The position numbers were made by a program, and so were the translations under genes. The notes beneath the pieces were generated by a model, which worked only from the letters and a program-made list of their open reading frames with translations, ran no database searches and was not told the DNA's origin. This document shows, piece by piece, positions 1 to 7,686 of a stretch of DNA of 59,732 bases (position 1 is the stretch's first letter; each line of letters begins with the position of its first letter). The DNA is from a virus. The stretch lies in IMG/VR virus record IMGVR_UViG_3300040801_002535; one strand, 5' to 3'.

Positions 1-117
1 GATTTCAAGAACATCGACGGCCAGCAACGCGAGCTGTATACACGCCAACTGTTCTACTACAGTCCATACACTACAACGCCAAGCGACAAAGAAGGGGACT
101 ATTCCAAACTATTAGTA
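1..117. repeat. Terminal direct repeat, left copy (identical to 59616-59732)
   Basis: The first 117 bases (gatttcaagaacatcgacgg...ctattagta) recur exactly as the last 117 bases. This is a circular-assembly overlap or a short terminal redundancy. Confidence 0.95.
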
Positions 118-834
118 AATCTGAATTTGACTGCGGAGGAGAACTGGGGCACCGTTGCTGAGAAACGTTTGTTTGATAAATGGGGAGCGAGCACTACCCT
201 CTTAGGCAGTGTAGCCCAGCAATGGCGGGACTGGTTCTCCAATCCTGCGATGATGCACGCCGTATCAAATGTTCCGATCCACTTGGCCCATGTACAACCA
301 GGCGATCTCGTAAATATCCAAGGAGCGGAGCGTCCTGCGGATCTCGCCACGTATCCCGGATATGCCGTTGATGTCAAGTGCTTGGTGATGAGCCGTAAAC
401 TGGACGTGATGCAAAGCAATATGGAATTGGTCCTCCTTGAGCTAGACGCCGACCCGTACGCTCCTCCGGGCGCTCCTCAGTTTATGGGTCCAGATTGGTG
501 GTCCATTTCAGCTGATAGTGGCCTAATCTGGGATGACACAACGAATACTTATAGGTACGCATCTGGGGAGACAAATTTCAGTGGTAAGCTCAATGCCGTC
601 GGTACTTGGGCAAGCGGTTACCGCCCAACACAATGCCGTGTCACGTTTACAACCCCGCTCGGTTTAAACTTCACGTTGCGGGTGTATGACGTGGCGGATG
701 CGCTCCTTCTATACAAGGAATCTTACACCAGCGAAGTGCTTGCGGACTTTTTCACGTACACAACGGATATACATGAGCTATGGGTAGGGCTTCCAGATCC
801 AGATTATGTTATCACCAAAATAGAATTCCTATAG
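1..834 (+). CDS. Tail tip / host-specificity (lambda J-like) protein, C-terminal part of the gene starting at 57930
   Basis: The frame is open from base 1 to TAG 832-834. It is the same frame as ATG 57930 once the 117-bp overlap is collapsed, giving 839 aa in total. It lies downstream of the tape measure and distal tail genes. Confidence 0.75.
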   Translation, partial: DFKNIDGQQRELYTRQLFYYSPYTTTPSDKEGDYSKLLVNLNLTAEENWGTVAEKRLFDKWGASTTLLGSVAQQWRDWFSNPAMMHAVSNVPIHLAHVQPGDLVNIQGAERPADLATYPGYAVDVKCLVMSRKLDVMQSNMELVLLELDADPYAPPGAPQFMGPDWWSISADSGLIWDDTTNTYRYASGETNFSGKLNAVGTWASGYRPTQCRVTFTTPLGLNFTLRVYDVADALLLYKESYTSEVLADFFTYTTDIHELWVGLPDPDYVITKIEFL

Positions 835-942
835 GGAAGGCGCCGTCCAGTCCCTAATATTTGGCGGTTGCCAAAGCGCAGGGATCTCATGGATATTAAA
901 GCAATCATATGAATATTGCATTGCTTTAGGAGGCTTTCGCTA

Positions 943-1434
943 ATGCGCTTTCTGTACGGGATCTCGTACCTAATACCACTGCTGGCTTTCTCCGTTACCG
1001 TCTGGGCGGCACCTGCTGGCGTTCCTGCCCCGCTGGATGGGATCGCTTACCTAACCCAGCAGCTCAAAGGCGCCGTAGCGCTTATCGGCATACTCATGAC
1101 CGCCATCGGGATCCTTCTCGTCGGCGTTCTTTGGTTTCTCAAACAAATCTACGACAATAATAAAACAGCCCACGAATCATTGAGGGAAGTCGACCTACAG
1201 CAATGGGATACCATAAACCATCTTGTGGCAAGTTTCGGGCACCTTTCCGGACAGCATGACGCCGCATTCAGTTTGAAGGGATGTGCATATGAGCCGAGGC
1301 GCCTTGAAGAAGCGGTTGAGAAGATCCTGCTCAAAGTCATGGCAAAGTCCAATAAGAACCTCACGCCATCCCGACAAGCAGACCAACCACCTTATACCCA
1401 AAAAGGTAGCGGAGCACTCGGAGGAGCAGACTAA
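943..1434 (+). CDS. Membrane protein (signal peptide plus one internal TM), unknown function
   Basis: ATG 943 lies 9 nt after AGGAGG (928-933). N-terminus is MRFLYGISYLIPLLAFSVTVWA; there is a hydrophobic stretch AVALIGILMTAIGILLVGVLWFL. It sits between the tail tip gene and the fibre gene. Confidence 0.6.
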   Translation: MRFLYGISYLIPLLAFSVTVWAAPAGVPAPLDGIAYLTQQLKGAVALIGILMTAIGILLVGVLWFLKQIYDNNKTAHESLREVDLQQWDTINHLVASFGHLSGQHDAAFSLKGCAYEPRRLEEAVEKILLKVMAKSNKNLTPSRQADQPPYTQKGSGALGGAD

Positions 1435-4400
1435 TGAGTAATGCCATTGCCGGATTAGGCGCTAGTTTCCACAGGTGGGACGGAACGGCTTTTGCTCCTT
1501 CAGCGGAAATCGTTTCCATGTCAGGGCCGAATGCGAGCAGGGACACCATTGATGTTACGAGCTTGGATAGCGTTGCCGGATACCGTGAATTCATAGCTGG
1601 TTTCCGCGATGGCGGTGAGTTGACTTTGGCAATGAATTATACCCGCACCGGATTCGATCTCGCCATAGAAGACTTCCAATCCGACGAGCCGGTTTACTAC
1701 CAGATTCGTCTTGCCGATAACAGGGCGATGACCCTTCTCGGCTTTGTAACGTCTCTTCCTTTGGGAATAGCATCCGATGATAAAATATCAATGACCGCCG
1801 TCTATAAAGTGACTGGCGCTATTATTATCGGTGATCCTGTTTATGAGACGTTTGCAGATAATACATTCTGGGAGAGTACAATACCCGCAGATTACGATTA
1901 TCAGCTTGGCTACTGGTCTCCAGCCGGTCCCTCAACCACTGTTGGAACTCTCACTCCTATTGGTGACTGGGCGACTGGTTTTACCCCGACAAGCGTGCGC
2001 ATTACAGCTCTCAATTTCGTCGGTAGCCGTGACTTGCAGATTTCAATCAAGGATGATAACGGCGCTTACCTTCTTGCTCCAGTAACCATTAATATGGCAG
2101 GGGACGAAGTCTCCCGCACTGTCGAATTTGATCTGGTTGCCTTTAGCGCAAACCAAATAGCAGAAATAGAATTCAAGGACCCGTCAGGGGTTACCACCAT
2201 TTCCTATAATATCGAAAATATTGAATTCGCCTCTACCCCGCTTCCGGACGTAATAATTCCAGACGAGCCTGTCATTCTTACGCCGGAACTATACGATAGT
2301 TTCATTCGTGTTGATGGGCGCCTTGGTGGAACTGTTGCTGATACGAATCAATTGTGGCAAGACGACCTTGGTTGGATATCCGTTTGGCAAGAACAATACG
2401 CAAGCATATCTGAATTGGAAGGACCTCTCTGGTATGCCGTTTCGACCGTCGATTATCTTTCAGCTGATTTTTATGCGAAGATGCAACATCTGACTGCTTA
2501 TGTCGGAATAGTTTTTAGGTTTGTCAATTCAACGAATTTTTGGTTTTGCTACGCGGCAAACAACTGGACGTATTTGATTAAAGTTGTCGATAACGTAGCG
2601 ACAACAGAATGGTCAGCGAGCATAACCGGTGCCAGTAATGAACTTTGGGTCTCCGCTCAAGGGGACGCTATTACGGTTCATCGAGGAGATCAAGACGTAA
2701 CTATTACCGATGCAACACATAATACAGGTACACGCGTTGGGGTTGGTGGTCGCCAGCTTATTGATGGTCTGATTGAGTCTTTATGGGTACGGGCAACACC
2801 AATTCCTTATTCAGACTTCGGTATTACCGCTACAGGGGCAGTAACAAGCACCTCCCCTGAGACTTCTCCGAACGGCGTTTGGATGTCTGAGGATGGTATT
2901 CATCTGGCGATCCTTGGAACAGCTGTAGATAGGGTTTACTTTTATACTCTTGGAACACCTTACGATGTAAGCACCAAAGGAACATCAACAGGGAATATCT
3001 ACGTTTTAGGCGCTGGTGCTACACCAAACGGCGGCGTTTCAATGTCGCAAGATGGAACGCGCATGTATGTTGGTTTTGCCTCTACGAATCCAAATCTCTT
3101 TCAGTGGGATCTCCCTACTCCATGGAGTTCCGTTGGCGCAACACAAACCAAGTCAAAATATATCTACGCTTGCCCTGATTTTAGTTTTAGCCTAGACGGC
3201 ATTTGGTTATTAAGGGTAAACAACGATTCTACTTATACATGCTGGAAACTATCAACTCCTTGGGAGATAGATACGGCAGTTCAAACATATGACATGACTG
3301 CCCGTGGCGCTGGAACGGCCAATGCTTGTACTTGGTTTAACGCTGGCTACGGGATAATGCAGGTTGACGTTATTAGCGATATGTATCATGAGTATCATTT
3401 GACTGAGGCTTATAATATTTCAACCGCTATTCTTGTTGGCTCGCAAGATTTAACTACTGGTATCTTTGCTGTTCCAAGGGCTATGTGTGCTGCTGGAGAT
3501 AATGTATATATAGCGTCTGATTCTTTCGATACGATCAATACTTACAATATCGATTTCCCGAACTTTACACCACTTGTTCCACCGGTTGAGCCACCAGTGA
3601 TCCCACTAACTGAATTGCTTATATGGGTTTGGAATAGCGCAGAATCTACTGCAGTATTCGGAAACTGGACTCAAGATTATCCTTCTGGTACTGCTATGGC
3701 TTGGACAGGAAATGCCGATACAAGTCTAGCAACCCAGATAGACGTGAGGAATCAAGGCGGAGCTCCAAATGACACGGCATATATCATCACCAGCATAGAA
3801 GGGCTTTTCGCAGGTGTTTGGGAAGACGTTGGGATAATGGCCGATTGGCAAAGAGCAGATGATAACATGTATATCAACGAGGCTTTGATGCTTCCGGGAA
3901 TTAGACCACAAAGCGCAGGGCGCCTAGATAATATAAACGGAACAGGCTGGGCTACCGACTATGATGCTCTTCGCTTCACTTATGTAGTAGACGAAGCCTA
4001 TCCAGCGTCCGAGCTTATTCTTCCTCCGGTAACGTTCTACCCTGTAACAACAGAAAACCACTGGAACTTATTCGATGAAAGCACTTGGTACAATTCCTCT
4101 GGCGATGGATCTTTTCAGGTCGGTCCGGCTGGTGGAATATTTATCTATGCCATAGGAGGGCTCGTAAATACCTCCTACACACCAGAGTGGCTTAAACTAA
4201 CCTTTACGGGTCCAATGTCTCAATTCAAATTAGAGGACAAAGATAATAATAACTTCGCCCTTGTTACCTCACCGGTATCTGGGCAGGCTTACCCATTAAC
4301 GGAACCAGTAGCAGGTGCTATACTAAACGAGTTGCGCTGTTCCGGAATGACGGAGAACAGCAGCCTACAGATTGAAATATGGCCGCAACCTCCGAACCTT

Positions 4401-4757
4401 GCTTGGATTCAGGTTTCAACAGATGCCTTCTGGACTCCGGGTACTCCGTTTAGTGGTACAGCATGGAACGGAACTTTATGGGCGTTGGGTGGCGGAGATG
4501 ATCGCCTCGATGCCATCGGAACTTGGGCAGACAACATACGTCCATCCTCAATCTTCATAACCGGTGAATCTCAAGGCGATGATCTTTACCTGAGCATAGG
4601 AACGGTGAACGGAGAAATCTGTACCAATGAACTTGTTTCTTGGAATAGTTCATTTGACCTGAGACCGTTTAATCAACAGAGTGATATCACTTATATTGAG
4701 CTGAGCGTCTTCTCCTTTGGGCAGAAAAACGTCACTGCCATTTACTTCATCGTATAA
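1434..4757 (+). CDS. Large multidomain tail fibre / receptor-binding protein with an N-terminal tail-tube-like domain
   Basis: 1107 aa with a TAATG overlap and a GGAGGAG RBS. Residues 1-133 align with the major tail protein (53448-53870), sharing e.g. RDTIDVTSLDS.GYREFI.GFRD. Downstream are a ConA/LamG-like region, five propeller-like repeats and four beta-sandwich-like modules. Confidence 0.85.
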   Translation: MSNAIAGLGASFHRWDGTAFAPSAEIVSMSGPNASRDTIDVTSLDSVAGYREFIAGFRDGGELTLAMNYTRTGFDLAIEDFQSDEPVYYQIRLADNRAMTLLGFVTSLPLGIASDDKISMTAVYKVTGAIIIGDPVYETFADNTFWESTIPADYDYQLGYWSPAGPSTTVGTLTPIGDWATGFTPTSVRITALNFVGSRDLQISIKDDNGAYLLAPVTINMAGDEVSRTVEFDLVAFSANQIAEIEFKDPSGVTTISYNIENIEFASTPLPDVIIPDEPVILTPELYDSFIRVDGRLGGTVADTNQLWQDDLGWISVWQEQYASISELEGPLWYAVSTVDYLSADFYAKMQHLTAYVGIVFRFVNSTNFWFCYAANNWTYLIKVVDNVATTEWSASITGASNELWVSAQGDAITVHRGDQDVTITDATHNTGTRVGVGGRQLIDGLIESLWVRATPIPYSDFGITATGAVTSTSPETSPNGVWMSEDGIHLAILGTAVDRVYFYTLGTPYDVSTKGTSTGNIYVLGAGATPNGGVSMSQDGTRMYVGFASTNPNLFQWDLPTPWSSVGATQTKSKYIYACPDFSFSLDGIWLLRVNNDSTYTCWKLSTPWEIDTAVQTYDMTARGAGTANACTWFNAGYGIMQVDVISDMYHEYHLTEAYNISTAILVGSQDLTTGIFAVPRAMCAAGDNVYIASDSFDTINTYNIDFPNFTPLVPPVEPPVIPLTELLIWVWNSAESTAVFGNWTQDYPSGTAMAWTGNADTSLATQIDVRNQGGAPNDTAYIITSIEGLFAGVWEDVGIMADWQRADDNMYINEALMLPGIRPQSAGRLDNINGTGWATDYDALRFTYVVDEAYPASELILPPVTFYPVTTENHWNLFDESTWYNSSGDGSFQVGPAGGIFIYAIGGLVNTSYTPEWLKLTFTGPMSQFKLEDKDNNNFALVTSPVSGQAYPLTEPVAGAILNELRCSGMTENSSLQIEIWPQPPNLAWIQVSTDAFWTPGTPFSGTAWNGTLWALGGGDDRLDAIGTWADNIRPSSIFITGESQGDDLYLSIGTVNGEICTNELVSWNSSFDLRPFNQQSDITYIELSVFSFGQKNVTAIYFIV

Positions 4758-4767
4758 GGATCTTACT

Positions 4768-5181
4768 GTGTATAAATGCGAGCATTTCGGAATACAGGAA
4801 CTTGTGGACAAAGCAACCTTCGACCGCTGGGGAGAGCAGGCATGGATGTTCTTTAATCCGGATGCCCTTCGGAGCATCGATGGGATACGGCGGTTTTTCA
4901 CCCGCCCAGTCACAATAAACAACTGGTCCATAGGAGGCCCATTTAGTCAGCGAGGTCTACGGGTAGCCACCTCGGTAGGGGCGGCGTTTAGCCTGCACAA
5001 GTTCGGCTGTGCTTTCGATATGGATATCGCCGAAGTAACCCCAGAAGATGCGAGGCAAGAGATCCTTGCCAATGCTGACGCTGAAGAATTGAAATTGATC
5101 AACTGCATTGAAATGGATGTAAACTGGCTACATATGGACTGCCGTAATATCGCGGACAGAATCCGTAAAGTGTACCCATAA
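4768..5181 (+). CDS. Endolysin, peptidase M15 (L-Ala-D-Glu / D-Ala-D-Ala peptidase family)
   Basis: Carries the Zn-ligand motifs SLHKFGCAFDMD and NWLHMDCR. The GTG 4768 start after AAGGA is uncertain; the track start at 4717 overlaps the fibre gene. Confidence 0.75.
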   Translation: MYKCEHFGIQELVDKATFDRWGEQAWMFFNPDALRSIDGIRRFFTRPVTINNWSIGGPFSQRGLRVATSVGAAFSLHKFGCAFDMDIAEVTPEDARQEILANADAEELKLINCIEMDVNWLHMDCRNIADRIRKVYP

Positions 5182-5200
5182 ACCAAAACAGGAGATAAGC

Positions 5201-5569
5201 ATGAGCAAGAAGTTATTCATTGGCCGCTGGAGTCCTTTTCACGCTGGCCACAAGTACATTGTCGACTCGTATGTTGCTAATGGACTTGAAGTTTGCATCG
5301 CCGTTCGGGATACCCCGCTAGATATCAAGAACCCGTACTCAGCCGATTTGCGTAAGCGAATGATCGAAGCGGTTTATGCCGGCAACGATCTTGTGAGCGT
5401 AATTGTGATCCCCGATATCGATACCGTTTGTGTTGGGCGCGGCGTTGGGTATGCCATCATGCAAGTCCCTGAGAACATCGAAAACATTAGCGCCACCGCT
5501 ATTCGTGCCGGTGAGTGTTTTGATTGGCCGGAAGAGGCGCAGGCAGTTCTTCGGGAGGCGGGAAAATGA
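5201..5569 (+). CDS. Minimal cytidylyltransferase-superfamily nucleotidyltransferase (HxGH), substrate unknown
   Basis: 122 aa. Contains GRWSPFHAGH (HxGH motif) and C-terminal ISATAIR (ISxTxxR motif), as in TagD, RfaE-II and archaeal NMNAT enzymes. AGGAG RBS. ATGA overlap with cysC. Confidence 0.7.
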   Translation: MSKKLFIGRWSPFHAGHKYIVDSYVANGLEVCIAVRDTPLDIKNPYSADLRKRMIEAVYAGNDLVSVIVIPDIDTVCVGRGVGYAIMQVPENIENISATAIRAGECFDWPEEAQAVLREAGK

Positions 5570-6276
5570 TCAAACCGCTTTTGTTCAAGGCTCTGGTCTA
5601 CCGGATACTGGCGAGCGGCGTCACCATGACAGCAGCCTATTTTATAACCGGATCCGTTGAGCTCGCTGGCACCATCGTGATTTTTGAATTCGTAGGTAAA
5701 ATAATGTTCTACGCTGGCTTCGATTATGTCTGGCGCTGGGGAAGAATATATCTACGCGGTCCGGGATCGGTAATCTGGCTGACCGGACTTCCCTGTTCTG
5801 GGAAGACGACTATTGCCAAGGCGCTTGGAGCATTGCTATCTGCTTCCGGAAAGCGGGTCGAGATCCTAGATGGTGATGAATTGCGTCATACGCTTTGCTC
5901 CGACCTAGGGTTTAGTGATGAAGACAGGGCCGAGAATCTGAGGCGGGTAAAACACCTCGCAAAGATGAAGGCCAAAGATGGTAGCGTTGTTATCTGCGCG
6001 TTTGTTTCCCCGAGCGGAAAAGAGCGGGAGAGCGTCCGTAACCACATGAGGGAGATTGCCTTCTACGAGGTTTTTGTTAAAGCACCAGCAGCAATCTGCG
6101 CCAAGCGGGATGTTAAAGGGATGTGGGATAAAGCATTCAAAGGTGAAATAAAAGGCTTCACGGGTTATGATGCCCCATATGAAATTCCGCTAAGCCCTGA
6201 AGTGACTTTGGATACCCTTAATTACCCACTGAAGGAATGCGTCCAGAAACTAGCCTCGGTAATCGCGAAGGGATAA
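5566..6276 (+). CDS. cysC: Adenylyl-sulfate (APS) kinase with N-terminal DUF2061-like two-TM domain
   Basis: GLPCSGKTT (P-loop), LDGDELRHTLCSDLGFSDEDRAENLRRV and FTGYDAPYE match CysC almost motif for motif. The N-terminal 60 aa are hydrophobic (MIKPLLFKALVYRILASGVTMTAAYFITG...). Confidence 0.9.
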   Translation: MIKPLLFKALVYRILASGVTMTAAYFITGSVELAGTIVIFEFVGKIMFYAGFDYVWRWGRIYLRGPGSVIWLTGLPCSGKTTIAKALGALLSASGKRVEILDGDELRHTLCSDLGFSDEDRAENLRRVKHLAKMKAKDGSVVICAFVSPSGKERESVRNHMREIAFYEVFVKAPAAICAKRDVKGMWDKAFKGEIKGFTGYDAPYEIPLSPEVTLDTLNYPLKECVQKLASVIAKG

Positions 6277-6279
6277 TCG

Positions 6280-6576
6280 ATGACCATCAACCAAGCGTGC
6301 TTCTTAATAGGGTTCCTTTTGCTCTGCCTTTTCCATGCCCGCATGTACCAGATGATAGCGGACCACGCAGACCTCAAAAAGAGGTATCAACGCTTCATGG
6401 CAACCATGATTAGCAAGAAGATTTTTGTTTGGTGGATCATTTCGGCTTTGTTTATTTATGACACTTATATCGAGGTCAACGGCCAATTCCAATACTACGA
6501 GTATCTTACATTTACTGCTGTTGTCTTCGGCCTCGATATTTCACAGAAGTTCGCTGGATTGAAAGGAGGCCGCTGA
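6280..6576 (+). CDS. Holin candidate (three hydrophobic segments)
   Basis: 98 aa with TM-like stretches CFLIGFLLLCLF, IFVWWIISALFIY and LTFTAVVFGL. Lies directly upstream of the spanin pair. Confidence 0.5.
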   Translation: MTINQACFLIGFLLLCLFHARMYQMIADHADLKKRYQRFMATMISKKIFVWWIISALFIYDTYIEVNGQFQYYEYLTFTAVVFGLDISQKFAGLKGGR

Positions 6577-6577
6577 T

Positions 6578-7021
6578 ATGAGTATTTTAGGGACTATAGC
6601 AATGAGTGCTCTAGGTCCAGTTGCTGCTGTTGGTTTGAAAGTTGTAAAATCTAAACATTTTGCCAAGGCGCTAATCGTCCTAGCATTGGTAGCGATAGTC
6701 TTTTTCGGCATTCGATCATACCGAGCAATGGCAGCTGAATTGGCAGTAACCCAAGCAGATTTGTCTGACACAGAAGAGGCGTGGGCGCAGACCCAGCAAG
6801 AAGTCGAAGATGCCAATGCCGAATCAGCTCGGGTGCACCTGCTCCTCGCTAACGTAATCACGGATAAAGCCATACTAAAAAAGCACCTTGGAGATCGCCT
6901 TCGTAAGATTCGCGACCTAGAAGATAGCTTAGGAGAGAAAGATGAAGCGTTTAAGCAGTGCCTTGATGTTAATATCCCTGCTGATTACCTTGACAGCTTG
7001 TTCAGCACCGAAACGAATTAA
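6578..7021 (+). CDS. i-spanin (Rz-like)
   Basis: N-terminal TM (ALIVLALVAIVFFGI) followed by a charged coiled-coil region. The o-spanin gene is embedded out of frame at its 3' end. Confidence 0.75.
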   Translation: MSILGTIAMSALGPVAAVGLKVVKSKHFAKALIVLALVAIVFFGIRSYRAMAAELAVTQADLSDTEEAWAQTQQEVEDANAESARVHLLLANVITDKAILKKHLGDRLRKIRDLEDSLGEKDEAFKQCLDVNIPADYLDSLFSTETN

Positions 7022-7229
7022 AGCAGAGGTTGGCGAGCGCTCACGGCCAACACCACCCATTGCTTTAATGCAAGACTGCCACGCACCGAATCGTCCTCTG
7101 GATAGAACAGTTAGGGCGCAACTTGAGTATATTCCGATTGTTCTTGAAGCGCTCGGAGCATGTAATGTGGATAAAGAGAAGCTGCGCGAATGGGCTACTG
7201 GCAGCACTCGCGTACAAGGTGACCAGTAA
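6942..7229 (+). CDS. o-spanin (Rz1-like lipoprotein)
   Basis: Signal peptide with lipobox LTLTAC, Pro-rich mature part. Overlaps the i-spanin 3' end in another frame. AGGAGAG RBS. Confidence 0.75.
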   Translation: MKRLSSALMLISLLITLTACSAPKRIKAEVGERSRPTPPIALMQDCHAPNRPLDRTVRAQLEYIPIVLEALGACNVDKEKLREWATGSTRVQGDQ

Positions 7230-7347
7230 GCCGCACTCCATGCCGGTTGCAGGTTGCTTGTGCCTCGCGGCGTTTAAATTCTGGGCTCCAATCGTTGGTT
7301 GCCATGCACGCGTATTTGATTAGTTGGCGTAATTCCATTGCGGTCAT
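7195..7347 (-). CDS. Small hypothetical protein (50 aa)
   Basis: Too short for the ORF track. GGAGGCTCAA-ATG at 7347; product MTAMELRQLIKYACMATNDWSPEFKRREAQ... Its 3' end overlaps the convergent o-spanin gene by 35 nt. Confidence 0.4.
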   Translation of the reverse strand: MTAMELRQLIKYACMATNDWSPEFKRREAQATCNRHGVRLTGHLVRECCQ

Positions 7348-7359
7348 TTGAGCCTCCTT

Positions 7360-7539
7360 TTAGTTAGATTGGACCCAGCGGCCGTCAATAAGTTTGTACT
7401 CATTGAAGATGCAAGTTGGGTAAATAATGGTGGCCGAAGTGGCCCCGTTATGAGCAACTTCTTGCTCAAGGGCGTATTTGATTTTAGGGATGTTATTTGA
7501 GGTGATGAATAATTTATTGTTGACATAGCCTCTGACCAT
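7360..7539 (-). CDS. Small hypothetical protein (59 aa)
   Basis: Too short for the ORF track. AAAGGAGATTCAAA-ATG at 7539, immediately downstream of promoter 7570-7598; product MVRGYVNNKLFITSNNIPKIKYALEQEV... Confidence 0.55.
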   Translation of the reverse strand: MVRGYVNNKLFITSNNIPKIKYALEQEVAHNGATSATIIYPTCIFNEYKLIDGRWVQSN

Positions 7540-7569
7540 TTTGAATCTCCTTTGGTTGCTGTTAAATAG

Positions 7570-7598
7570 ATAATACCAAAACCTATTCGACTAGTCAA
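7570..7598 (-). promoter_or_regulatory. sigma70-type promoter (TTGACT-17-TATTAT)
   Basis: Minus-strand -35 at 7593-7598 and -10 at 7570-7575. Member of the conserved promoter family. Confidence 0.7.
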
Positions 7599-7633
7599 CA
7601 GAAAAAGAGAGTAAAACATAAAAGTTTTTGTTG

Positions 7634-7685
7634 CCCCTACCGCACCGCCCTTGCTCGCGGATCTCCGGCGGTAGGGGATTTTTTC
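7634..7685 (+). terminator. Rho-independent terminator for the rightward (late/lysis) transcript
   Basis: 10-bp stem cccctaccgc / gcggtagggg followed by attttttcc on the plus strand. Lies between the convergent arms. Confidence 0.6.
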
Positions 7686-7686
7686 C

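Noticed and set aside
5201-5569. Calling the 122-aa HxGH enzyme an ATP sulfurylase outright
   Set aside because: Its motifs (GRWSPFHAGH, ISATAIR) fit TagD, RfaE-II or NMNAT-type minimal nucleotidyltransferases at least as well. Only the coupling to cysC suggests a sulfur link. I kept it as a hypothesis in the findings rather than as an annotation.
6541-6873. 110-aa minus-strand ORF
   Set aside because: It is antisense to the i-spanin gene inside the lysis cassette. It has no RBS and its product is Ala/Ser-rich, as expected for an antisense frame.
7344-7619. 91-aa minus-strand ORF
   Set aside because: It runs across a family promoter (7570-7598) and its leader. It is in a different frame from two short ORFs (7360-7539, 7195-7347) that each follow a strong Shine-Dalgarno sequence.
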